Made by a program: the position numbers and the translations under genes | The notes under the pieces: generated by a model | What the model was told of the DNA's origin: nothing | What the model saw: the letters and a program-made list of their open reading frames with translations, nothing else | Database searches by the model: none | Source: an uncultured bacterium | Lineage (GTDB): Bacteria; UBA8481 | NCBI GenBank assembly: GCA_964499705.1 | Contig: CAZCME010000002.1 | Location: 62,001-126,000, forward strand | Reading direction: 5' to 3' | Length of the DNA stretch: 64,000 nt | Shown: positions 1 through 8,085 of the stretch, in pieces | Position numbering within the stretch: position 1 is the stretch's first letter | How the letters are laid out: every line of letters begins with the position of its first letter

Positions 1-2697
1 GCAGACGCGCTCGCCCTGATGCTCGCCCGCCAGATCCAGGTATCGCCAGCATCGGGGACACTTCTGCTTCTCCGTCAGCTCGACGCTCGTTTCACTTCCG
101 GAACGCATCTCCGCGATCTGGCAGAGCATGCGCAGGCGCTCCAGGTCGCCCTGGAATGTCGTCGTGACGGAAGCCATCTGGCTCGACTTGATGATGCCGG
201 CGGCGCGTTTCGCCTCGATGGCCTTCAGGATCTCGCCGCGCGCGGAAACGAACGGTTCGAAGAGAGAGAAGATCGACTCGTCTGGTTCTTCGACCGCGGG
301 CATGTCAGAGAGATGAACGGACTCGGCTTCGTCGCCGCCTTTCGCGACGTTGGAAAGGAGCCAGACCTCGTCGGACGTGAAGACGAGAACCGGCGCCATG
401 ATCCGGAGCGTCGCGGAGAGGATTTCTCGGCAGGTGATCTGCGCCGCGCGTCGCGAAGGACTCTCGACGCGGTCGCAGTAGAGCCTGTCCTTCACGATGT
501 CGAGATAGAACGACGAGAGGTCGTTCGTGAAGAACTCCAGCGTCGCGCGGTAGACGTCGTGGAAGGCATAGTCGTCGTAGGCGCCCCGGCAACGCTTGAC
601 GTAACGCTGCAGAGCGGAGACCGCCCAGCGGTCCAGTTCCGTGCGTCCGGATGAGGGCAGGGAAGCATCCGCGGGAAGATCGATGATGTTGGCCGCGAGG
701 AATCTCCATGTGTTCCGGATCTTCCTGTACGTGTCCGCGACCTGGTCCAGGATCGGGTAGGAGATGCGGAGATCTTCCCGGTAGTTTTCGGAGGCGACCC
801 ACAGGCGGATGATGTCGGCTCCATACTTGGCCATGACTTCCGACGGAGCGATCGCGTTGCCCGCCGACTTGTGCATCGCGCGGCCCGCGCCGTCCAGCAT
901 GAAGCCGTGCGTCAGGACCGCCCGGTAGGGCGGCTCGCCCGTGATCGCCAGCGACGGCCAGAGCGATGACTGGAACCAGCCGCGATGCTGGTCCGATCCT
1001 TCGAGATAAAGTTCGGCGCGAGGAGGTAGCGGAGTGGCTTCGTCTCGCGATCCGCCGGTCATGCGGTCGGCGGCAAACCAGGAGACGCCCGAATCGAACC
1101 AGACGTCGAGAATGTCCTGCTCGCGGCGCAGGGCTCCGCCGCACTGTGCGCACACGCGCGCAGGCGCGCCGCCCGAGAACCACTCGTCCAGTCGTCCGCT
1201 CTTCGCGAGCGCCATCGCTTCCCCGATGACGGCGCTGTCGATGACCTCGCCGTCGCAGGCTGTGCAGATGAGCGCAGGGATGGGAACGCCCCAGGCGCGC
1301 TGGCGGGAGAGGCACCAGTCCGGCCGTTCACGGACGCTGCCCACGAATCGATCCTTGCCCCAAGAGGGGATCCATTGGATGGAGTCCGCGGCCGAAAGGG
1401 CGCTGGTTCGGAGAGATCCCGATTCGCCGCCGGCATGATCGATCGACATGAACCACTGGCGCGTCGCCCGGAATATGATCGGCCCCTTGCACCGCCAGCA
1501 GTGAGGATACTGGTGCTCCAGTTTCCCGGAGTGCACGAGCGCGCCCCGCTCGCGTAGCAGATCGATTATCTCGGGGTTCGCGTCGAAGACGTATGTCCCC
1601 TCGCAGACGGTGGCTTCCTTTGTGAAGCATCCCGATTCGTCGACGGGCGCGAGGATCGGGAGCTTGTACTTCAGGCCCGCGATGTAGTCGTCGTGGCCGT
1701 GGCCCGGCGCGATGTGCACGACGCCGGTTCCCTGGTCTGTCGTGACGAAATCTCCGAGGATGACCGGCACGGTTCGATCGATGAACGGGTGACGGAATGT
1801 CCTGCCTTCGAGCTGAGCTCCGCTTACGCGATCCCCTGTCGTGTATTCGCTCCATCCCGCTTCCTCGGCCGTTTTTTCGAGCAGCGACTCCGCGACGATG
1901 AAATGCCTGCCGCCGGTTTTCACCGTGACATACTCCAGGTCGGCGCGCACCGCGACGGCAAGGTTGGCGGGAAGCGTCCATGGTGTCGTCGTCCAGATGA
2001 GGATCGATGTGGAGGGATCGTTCGTCGACGCGAACGCCACCGTGATAGCGTCCGTCACGTGCGTGGCGTATTCCGCCTCCGCGGTCGATGCCGCGAGCGC
2101 GGTCCGGCAATGCGGGCACCAGTGGATCGGCTTTTGTCCGCGATAGATGAAACCGCGGGAATGGAGCTCGCCGAAGGCCTCGATGATCCTCGACTCGAAT
2201 TGAGGATCCATGGTGAGATAGGGATCGTCCCATTTCCCGATGCATCCCAGCCGCTTGAAACCCTCGCGCTGGATGCCGACGTATTTCTGCGCATAGGATC
2301 GACACTTTTTGCGGATGGAGGAGAGTTCGGCGGCATCCGCCTTTTTTGCCTTGTCGTGCGAACGCTCCGATTCCTTCATCACATTGTGCTCGATGGGAAG
2401 ACCATGGCAGTCCCAGCCGGGAACATAGGGCGCGTCGTAGCCCGCCAGCGATTTGTAGCGGACTATGATGTCCTTCAGCGACTTGTTGAGCGCGTGCCCC
2501 ATGTGCAGCTCACCGTTGGCATACGGAGGCCCGTCATGCAGGACGAACCGAGGGGCGCCCGCGCGCTTTCGGGCTAGGCGCTCGTACAGGCGCTTCTTTT
2601 CCCACTCCGCAACCGCTTTCGGCTCGTTCTGCGGGAGATTGGCGCGCATCGGGACGGGGCTTTCCCGGAGCTGCAGCGTTTTACTGTAATCGGCCAT
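1..2697 (-). CDS. ileS: Isoleucyl-tRNA synthetase (3' end runs off the window)
   Basis: Manual translation: MADYSKTLQLRESPVPMRANLP; VLHDGPPYANGELHMGH (HIGH-type); THGFMLDGAGRAMHKS (KMSKS position); C-terminal KCPRCW zinc finger. Absent from the ORF track because no stop codon lies in the window. Confidence 0.97.
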   Translation of the reverse strand, partial: MADYSKTLQLRESPVPMRANLPQNEPKAVAEWEKKRLYERLARKRAGAPRFVLHDGPPYANGELHMGHALNKSLKDIIVRYKSLAGYDAPYVPGWDCHGLPIEHNVMKESERSHDKAKKADAAELSSIRKKCRSYAQKYVGIQREGFKRLGCIGKWDDPYLTMDPQFESRIIEAFGELHSRGFIYRGQKPIHWCPHCRTALAASTAEAEYATHVTDAITVAFASTNDPSTSILIWTTTPWTLPANLAVAVRADLEYVTVKTGGRHFIVAESLLEKTAEEAGWSEYTTGDRVSGAQLEGRTFRHPFIDRTVPVILGDFVTTDQGTGVVHIAPGHGHDDYIAGLKYKLPILAPVDESGCFTKEATVCEGTYVFDANPEIIDLLRERGALVHSGKLEHQYPHCWRCKGPIIFRATRQWFMSIDHAGGESGSLRTSALSAADSIQWIPSWGKDRFVGSVRERPDWCLSRQRAWGVPIPALICTACDGEVIDSAVIGEAMALAKSGRLDEWFSGGAPARVCAQCGGALRREQDILDVWFDSGVSWFAADRMTGGSRDEATPLPPRAELYLEGSDQHRGWFQSSLWPSLAITGEPPYRAVLTHGFMLDGAGRAMHKSAGNAIAPSEVMAKYGADIIRLWVASENYREDLRISYPILDQVADTYRKIRNTWRFLAANIIDLPADASLPSSGRTELDRWAVSALQRYVKRCRGAYDDYAFHDVYRATLEFFTNDLSSFYLDIVKDRLYCDRVESPSRRAAQITCREILSATLRIMAPVLVFTSDEVWLLSNVAKGGDEAESVHLSDMPAVEEPDESIFSLFEPFVSARGEILKAIEAKRAAGIIKSSQMASVTTTFQGDLERLRMLCQIAEMRSGSETSVELTEKQKCPRCWRYLDLAGEHQGERVC

Positions 2698-2708
2698 TGG
2701 ACCGGATC

Positions 2709-2737
2709 AAAGTACAGTCCCATGCCGGGAGGGTCAA
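2709..2737 (-). promoter_or_regulatory. Sigma70-type promoter of ileS
   Basis: TTGACC-17nt-TACTTT on the minus strand, ending 11 nt before the ATG. Confidence 0.55.
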
Positions 2738-2945
2738 GGGATCGATGGCCCGCGAAATCCGCAATTCGACTCTCTAAGTCCTGAAAAAGTTCGGATGATG
2801 TGTAATCATTTTCACTTTAATCCCGCTCAAGACCGATCTCGCGTCTCGAAAAAATATTCGGAACCGCACCAAAGCTGAGCAAGTCTAATCAGGCTGGAAA
2901 CGTTGAAAACATTGGAGAAAAAAATGCGATATTTTTTACAGACTC

Positions 2946-2975
2946 TCGACAGATTTATCCGATATATGGTATTAT
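2946..2975 (+). promoter_or_regulatory. Sigma70-type promoter for the DUF1318 lipoprotein gene
   Basis: TCGACA-18nt-TATTAT with TGn extended -10 in an AT-rich intergenic region; AAGGAGG SD precedes ATG 3041. Confidence 0.45.
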
Positions 2976-3040
2976 CCCTTCATAAGGGGCGGAAAACTAA
3001 CTTCTCCCGGATACGGGAGGAGGCGAGAAAGGAGGCCTTA

Positions 3041-3700
3041 ATGAAGCGCAGCTTTATTTATGCGATGTTTGTCGCGGTTATCGCAATGACAACCGCCGGA
3101 TGCCTGCCTACGCAGACGATCATTGTTCGCTTTGAAGATTTGAAATCGGACTTCATAGCGCTCGAATCATCTCTGGAAACAAATGATTGGGCGAAATTCG
3201 ATTGGGACAAGATGATCATCACCATCTCTTCCAAGTATCTGCCCGTCTCGACCCAGCCCGTAGCTCTCGGCGCGTTTGAAACGCCGACAAAAAATTCGCA
3301 GCCTGCCAAGTCGGAACCTTCCGTCGCCGCTGATCAGCCGGATCTGGATCTCAAGCGCATCGAGATCACGGATACCATCACGCAGATCATGCGGCGGCGG
3401 CAGGCCCGGCTCCAGGTTGTCAAGAACCTCAAGAAGACCGGCGTCATCGGCGAATCCAACGTCGGCACGCTCATGCCCCCCAAGGGCGGTTCGCTCCTGA
3501 CTCTCGAAGAAAGCATCCGGAAAAGCGTCACCGATGAAAACACCGACCGAAGACTTCTTTTTATCGAGATCCTGCGCCAACGCGGACTCGGCGAGGATCA
3601 GATCGATCGCGTCGCCCGCACCTTTGCCCAGGCGCAGCGCGAACTCGCTGACCCCGGCGTCTGGGTTCAGTTCGACGACGGAAACTGGCAGCAAGCTTAA
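3041..3700 (+). CDS. Lipoprotein with C-terminal YdbL/DUF1318-like domain
   Basis: Strong SD; signal peptide with lipobox TAGC; GVIGESNVGTL...ENTDRRLL...G.WVQ..DG.W pattern typical of DUF1318. Confidence 0.75.
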   Translation: MKRSFIYAMFVAVIAMTTAGCLPTQTIIVRFEDLKSDFIALESSLETNDWAKFDWDKMIITISSKYLPVSTQPVALGAFETPTKNSQPAKSEPSVAADQPDLDLKRIEITDTITQIMRRRQARLQVVKNLKKTGVIGESNVGTLMPPKGGSLLTLEESIRKSVTDENTDRRLLFIEILRQRGLGEDQIDRVARTFAQAQRELADPGVWVQFDDGNWQQA

Positions 3701-3739
3701 CTTTTTCCCTCATTCCTTCCCGTAAGTAATCGACCGGAT

Positions 3740-4441
3740 ATGAAACTCAGGCAGAAGTCCCTCTTCGCGCGGCTCGTCCTGGAATTCGTCCAGGCCTCTC
3801 TGGCTTTCATCATTCTGCTCGTCTGCACTCCTGTCGCCCTGATCCTCCCGCTTTCCCGCCTTGATCCACCGACGACATCCCTGCAGACGCAGAGGAGGTT
3901 CGAATCCTGGATCGATCTGCGCGCATACGACAAGGATATGCGCTGGGTTCCTCTTCGGGAAATCTCGCCCCGGCTTCGCCGGGCTGTTATCGTGGCGGAG
4001 GATGGCTGGTTCTATCGGCATCCCGGGGTCGATATAGAGGCTGCGGAGAAGGCCTACGAGGAGAGCAGGAACGGGAAGAAGATGCGCGGTGCGTCCACGA
4101 TTACGATGCAGCTCTGCAAGAATCTCTATCTCTGGGAAGGCTGGACGATCTACGACACCGCGTTCCGAAAAGGTGTCGAAGTCTACCTCGCGCTCTGGAT
4201 GAACCAGCTGCTTTCGAAGGAACGAGTCCTCGAGCTCTATCTCAATGTGATCGAATGGGGAGACGGGATCTATGGCGCGGAGGCGGCCGCGCAACGATAC
4301 TACCGCGTCGCCGCGAGGAATGTTTCGGCTTCCCAGGCCGCTCATCTTGTCGCTTCGCTCCCGGCGCCGATCCGGCATACTCCGATCGATCAATCGCTCT
4401 TTGTGGAGCGCCGTGCGGCGCGTATTTTGGGGAGAATGTAG
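3740..4441 (+). CDS. mtgA: Monofunctional peptidoglycan transglycosylase
   Basis: GT51 motifs AEDGWFYRHPGVD, GASTITMQLCKNL, RKGVE, KERVLELYLN, GIYGAEAAA; N-terminal TM. Confidence 0.93.
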   Translation: MKLRQKSLFARLVLEFVQASLAFIILLVCTPVALILPLSRLDPPTTSLQTQRRFESWIDLRAYDKDMRWVPLREISPRLRRAVIVAEDGWFYRHPGVDIEAAEKAYEESRNGKKMRGASTITMQLCKNLYLWEGWTIYDTAFRKGVEVYLALWMNQLLSKERVLELYLNVIEWGDGIYGAEAAAQRYYRVAARNVSASQAAHLVASLPAPIRHTPIDQSLFVERRAARILGRM

Positions 4442-4445
4442 TCTC

Positions 4446-5684
4446 GTGACGAATCATCGTGAACTGCGGGCCAGGCTCGCCGCCGTCGAATCGCGCGGCG
4501 TCACATTTCTCGCGGACGATTTCCCTCCTTTCTGGGAGAGCGCGTCCGGCAGCGAGGTCGTCGATGCGGAGGGGATGCGATACATCGACTTCACGTCCGC
4601 ATTCGGCGTGGCCTCGGTGGGGCACTCTCACCCGGACGTGGTCGCCGCGATCCGCGATCAGGCAGGCTCGTTGATGCACGCGATGGGGGATGTGCATCCG
4701 AATGAGCTGAAGGTTCGATTGATGGAGAAGCTGGCCGCCTTCCACGGAGCGCCTGCGAAGGTGATGCTGTCCGTGACGGGGTCCGATGCCGTGGAGACGG
4801 CGATGAAGACGGCGAGATTGGCGACGGGTCGGAACGGGATTCTTGCATTCGAGGGCGCGTATCACGGTCTTGGTTATGGATCGATGACGCTTGCGGGACG
4901 CGAAGTCTTCCGTGCGCCCTTCCGCGATCAGGAGGCGGATGTCGTCCGGAGAGCGTGCTATCCTACGAACGGTCATGTGGAGCAATCCATCGCGCAGGTG
5001 GGCGCGGCGCTTTCTGCGGGCAAAATCGGCTCAGTCATCATCGAACCCATTCAGGGGCGTGGAGGAATCGTGGTTCCTGCGGATGGAGCGCTGCGTCGGA
5101 TTGCGGAACTCGCCAGGAAGAGCGGCGCGCTTGTCATATTCGACGAAGTCATGACGGGCTTCTGCAGGACGGGCCGCCGCTTCGCGTTCGAGCATGAACA
5201 AGTCAGGCCGGATATTCTCGTGGTGGGGAAAGCGCTCGGCGCAGGAATGCCCATCTCCGCGATTGTCGCTCCGCCGGAGATCATGGATGCCTGGCCGCGT
5301 TCAGAAGGGGAGGCGATCCAGACCGGAACGTATTTCGGTCATCCCCTTGCCTGCGCGGCGGCGCTCGCGACGTTGGACATCATGGAGCGCGAAAACTTGG
5401 CGGAGAGAGCGGAAGGACTCGGAGAGCGACTCCTGCGACGTCTGTCGCGATTCGGCGCGCGTGGCCGCGGGCTCATGGTCGGCATCGAATGCGAAAGCGA
5501 GGCCCTCGCGAAAAAGGCTGGCGCCGAGGCGTTGAAGCGCGGCTTGATCGTCCTCGTGGACGGCGACAGGTCGAACGTGATCGAGTTGCTTCCGCCCCTG
5601 ACGATTTCAGAGAGTCTGTTGGACGAGGGAGTCGGTAAGCTGGAACAATCCCTGGCCGCCGCCGGAGTCGTGCCCGCTTGCTGA
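4446..5684 (+). CDS. Class-III PLP aminotransferase (GabT/ArgD-like)
   Basis: YIDFTSAFGVASVGH, GSDAVETA, FEGAYHG, IIEPIQGRGG, FDEVMTGFCRTG, PDILVVGKALG; GTG start chosen just after the mtgA stop. Confidence 0.9.
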   Translation: MTNHRELRARLAAVESRGVTFLADDFPPFWESASGSEVVDAEGMRYIDFTSAFGVASVGHSHPDVVAAIRDQAGSLMHAMGDVHPNELKVRLMEKLAAFHGAPAKVMLSVTGSDAVETAMKTARLATGRNGILAFEGAYHGLGYGSMTLAGREVFRAPFRDQEADVVRRACYPTNGHVEQSIAQVGAALSAGKIGSVIIEPIQGRGGIVVPADGALRRIAELARKSGALVIFDEVMTGFCRTGRRFAFEHEQVRPDILVVGKALGAGMPISAIVAPPEIMDAWPRSEGEAIQTGTYFGHPLACAAALATLDIMERENLAERAEGLGERLLRRLSRFGARGRGLMVGIECESEALAKKAGAEALKRGLIVLVDGDRSNVIELLPPLTISESLLDEGVGKLEQSLAAAGVVPAC

Positions 5685-6622
5685 AATTGAAGGCGCGCGT
5701 GCGCGAGCTCATCGCCCGCGGTTTCGAGACGGAAGTATCCGATGGGGAATTCAACGAGCTCGCGCTCGCGATCCACGCGCATCAGGCCGCGCATTGTGCC
5801 GAGATCGGACGCGTCTCTCCGACGCGCCCCTCGGATTGGAGAAATATTCCGCTCGTGCCGACCTCGCTCTTCTCCCGGTTCCGTCTCGCCGCCTTTCCGC
5901 CGGACAATACGTTTCGTGTCTTTCGATCCAGCGGCACGACGGCTTCTACAAGAAGCGCTCATCACTTCGATGACCTGGACCTCTATCGTGCCGCTTCCAT
6001 GGCCGGAGCGCGCTGGGCTTTGGGCGAAGGTTCGTTCGATGTCCGATCTCTCGTTACGGATGATCCCGAATCGTCTCTCGCATGCATGGCGACCTGGCTT
6101 AGGGAGGATTTATCCTCTCTGGCCACGAGCCGCCGGCTCGTCCTCGGCTCGGCATTCTCCTTCGTGCCCATGATCGATAAGGACGCGCGTGATCCGCTGC
6201 CGGCAGGCTCGGTCGTCATCGAGACGGGCGGATACAAGGGCAGGAGCCGTGAAATATCCCGGAGCGAACTTCACGCCGGCATCAGCCGGATCCACGACGT
6301 TTCCGACGACCGCATCATCTCCGAGTACGGCATGTGCGAACTCTCCAGTCCCCTGTGGCAGCAGGTGGGCGACCCGCGAGTTCCGGACGAGAGATTATTC
6401 CGCTCCGCCGGCTGGACAAGAATCCGCATCGTCGATCCGGAAACGGGAGAAGATGCCGAGGAAGGCCTGATCGGAATTCTCGACCTCGCGAACGTTCATT
6501 CGTGCGTGGGAATCCTCACCGGGGACCGCGGCCGCCTGGAAGGAAATGAAGTGCGCCTTCTGGGCCGCCTGCCCGGTATTTCCTCCAAGGGCTGCTCGCT
6601 CACCGCGGACAGGACCCCATAA
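5678..6622 (+). CDS. LuxE-like acyl-protein synthetase (adenylate-forming)
   Basis: FRSSGTT, IETGGYKGRSRE, SEYGMCELSS, GILDLAN, TGDRG, LLGR..KGCS with C-terminal Cys; overlaps the upstream stop. Confidence 0.8.
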   Translation: MLKLKARVRELIARGFETEVSDGEFNELALAIHAHQAAHCAEIGRVSPTRPSDWRNIPLVPTSLFSRFRLAAFPPDNTFRVFRSSGTTASTRSAHHFDDLDLYRAASMAGARWALGEGSFDVRSLVTDDPESSLACMATWLREDLSSLATSRRLVLGSAFSFVPMIDKDARDPLPAGSVVIETGGYKGRSREISRSELHAGISRIHDVSDDRIISEYGMCELSSPLWQQVGDPRVPDERLFRSAGWTRIRIVDPETGEDAEEGLIGILDLANVHSCVGILTGDRGRLEGNEVRLLGRLPGISSKGCSLTADRTP

Positions 6623-6640
6623 CACGGAGGTGTTACGGAG

Positions 6641-6710
6641 ATAATACGGGGACAGTATACTATTTTCCGTGAATTTATTCACGGAAAATAGTATACTGTC
6701 CCCGTATTAT
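6641..6710. repeat. Perfect 34-bp inverted repeat with 2-nt loop (REP-like palindrome, GGGGACA core)
   Basis: ATAATACGGGGACAGTATACTATTTTCCGTGAAT-TT-ATTCACGGAAAATAGTATACTGTCCCCGTATTAT. Confidence 0.95.
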
Positions 6711-6719
6711 GGTCATGAC

Positions 6720-7133
6720 ATGGTCGAGCTGAAAATTCATGTGGTCGTTGCCGCGGCCTTCATTCCCATGATCGTCGGGATGCTCTGGTACTCTCCCGTT
6801 CTCTTCGTCAAGCCCTGGCTCAAGGGAATGGAATGGACGCCGGAGATGATCGCGGCGCGGATGAAGCGGGGCATGGGAACGGCTTATGCCGTCATGTTCT
6901 TCGCGTCGCTTGTGGAGGCGACAGTATTGGCCATCTTTATCAAGCAGCTCGGCGTCGTCACGTTCCTGCGCGGCGCATGGATCGGCGGTTGGATCGGGCT
7001 CGGTTTCATCGCGACCACAAGCGTCGCCTCCGTCTTCTTCGAAGGGCGATCGAGCATGGTCTGGTTTCTCGGGTGGGCTTATAACCTCGTCTGCCTCATG
7101 CTGATGGGCGGAGTGATCGCTGCCTGGAGCTGA
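6720..7133 (+). CDS. DUF1761-family small membrane protein
   Basis: Four hydrophobic segments; GMLWYSP.LF.KPW and W.GF motifs. Confidence 0.8.
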   Translation: MVELKIHVVVAAAFIPMIVGMLWYSPVLFVKPWLKGMEWTPEMIAARMKRGMGTAYAVMFFASLVEATVLAIFIKQLGVVTFLRGAWIGGWIGLGFIATTSVASVFFEGRSSMVWFLGWAYNLVCLMLMGGVIAAWS

Positions 7134-7134
7134 T

Positions 7135-8085
7135 TCAGTCCAGCGCCGCGAGATTCTCGTCCAGGTGTTCCTTCGATTTCATGCCGACCAGCGCGCAGGC
7201 GATACCGGGTGTGGAGAGCACGAAGCGAATTGAGGCTTGAGCAGGGGAGCCCGCGTAATCTGACGCGGGACCCGATTTGGCCGCCGCGAGTTTTCCCTGG
7301 GACAGCGTCGCGGATGTGAAGACTTTCAGACCCAGCGTGGTTGCGGCATCCAGTGTGCTCACGCCGCGCTGATTCTTCAGATCGCGCAATTCCGTCATCG
7401 CGCCATTGTAAGGCCCCTGGATGTATCGGAAATGATGATTCTCCCCGCCGGCTTCTCTCGCCAGGTCCCAAAGCCGGTGCAGGTCGAGATACTCCTGCGC
7501 TTCCGGATCGACGCGGAATCCGTTCCAGGTCGCCATGCCATAGGCGCCGATGCGCCCTTCCCCGGCTTCCTGCTCCAAAGCCACGAATGCTTCCCGTATC
7601 CGCGCCTCAAAGACCGGTCGGTTGTTCTCCGCAAGCTGCGCTTCCGGATTGTGGACGTAGAAGAGATCGATCCGGTCCATGCGGAGATTCCGGAGCGAGA
7701 GCTTCAGGGAATGCTTCAGGTAGGCCGCCGCGATGCAGTGGCAGCCGTCGACGATCTCCTCGGTCTTCATGACGCCGTTGCGGAGAAGCGTGTCGCGGAA
7801 GATGTTCTGCATCGACATCGTGGCGCGCGCGTCGCCCGGGATATATCCGCCTTTCGTGGCGATGAAGAGCTGATCGCGCTTGATGCCCCTGCCCTTCAGA
7901 TGGAGCATGGCGGTCTCGATGGCGTGCTCCGACCGCTGCCTCCGGTAGTTGACCGCGGTATCGATCACGTTGATCCCGCGCGCACAGGCCTCCACGATCG
8001 TATCGACATACTCGTCGTTGACCGTCTCCGTGTCCTTGCCGAGATACGTGCCGATCCCGATACGCGACAACACGGGAACGCTCAT
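7135..8085 (-). CDS. Aldo/keto reductase
   Basis: SRIGIGTY, GINVIDTAVNYR, IATKGG, IDLFYVHNPE, LVGMKS.EHL.EN. Confidence 0.9.
   Translation of the reverse strand: MSVPVLSRIGIGTYLGKDTETVNDEYVDTIVEACARGINVIDTAVNYRRQRSEHAIETAMLHLKGRGIKRDQLFIATKGGYIPGDARATMSMQNIFRDTLLRNGVMKTEEIVDGCHCIAAAYLKHSLKLSLRNLRMDRIDLFYVHNPEAQLAENNRPVFEARIREAFVALEQEAGEGRIGAYGMATWNGFRVDPEAQEYLDLHRLWDLAREAGGENHHFRYIQGPYNGAMTELRDLKNQRGVSTLDAATTLGLKVFTSATLSQGKLAAAKSGPASDYAGSPAQASIRFVLSTPGIACALVGMKSKEHLDENLAALD

Noticed and set aside
2698-2900. T-box leader for ileS
   Set aside because: No T-box consensus, and the promoter lies only 11 nt from the ATG
2925-2940. CRP-like site TGCGA-N6-TTACA
   Set aside because: Two mismatches, and not at a canonical distance from the inferred promoter
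2976-3040. Hairpins in the DUF1318 gene leader as a riboswitch
   Set aside because: No recognisable aptamer motif; only short stems
3897-3908. GGTTCGAATCCT tRNA T-loop-like motif
   Set aside because: Inside the mtgA coding frame with no cloverleaf
5678-6622. Bioluminescence (lux) operon
   Set aside because: No luxA, luxB, luxC or luxD in the window
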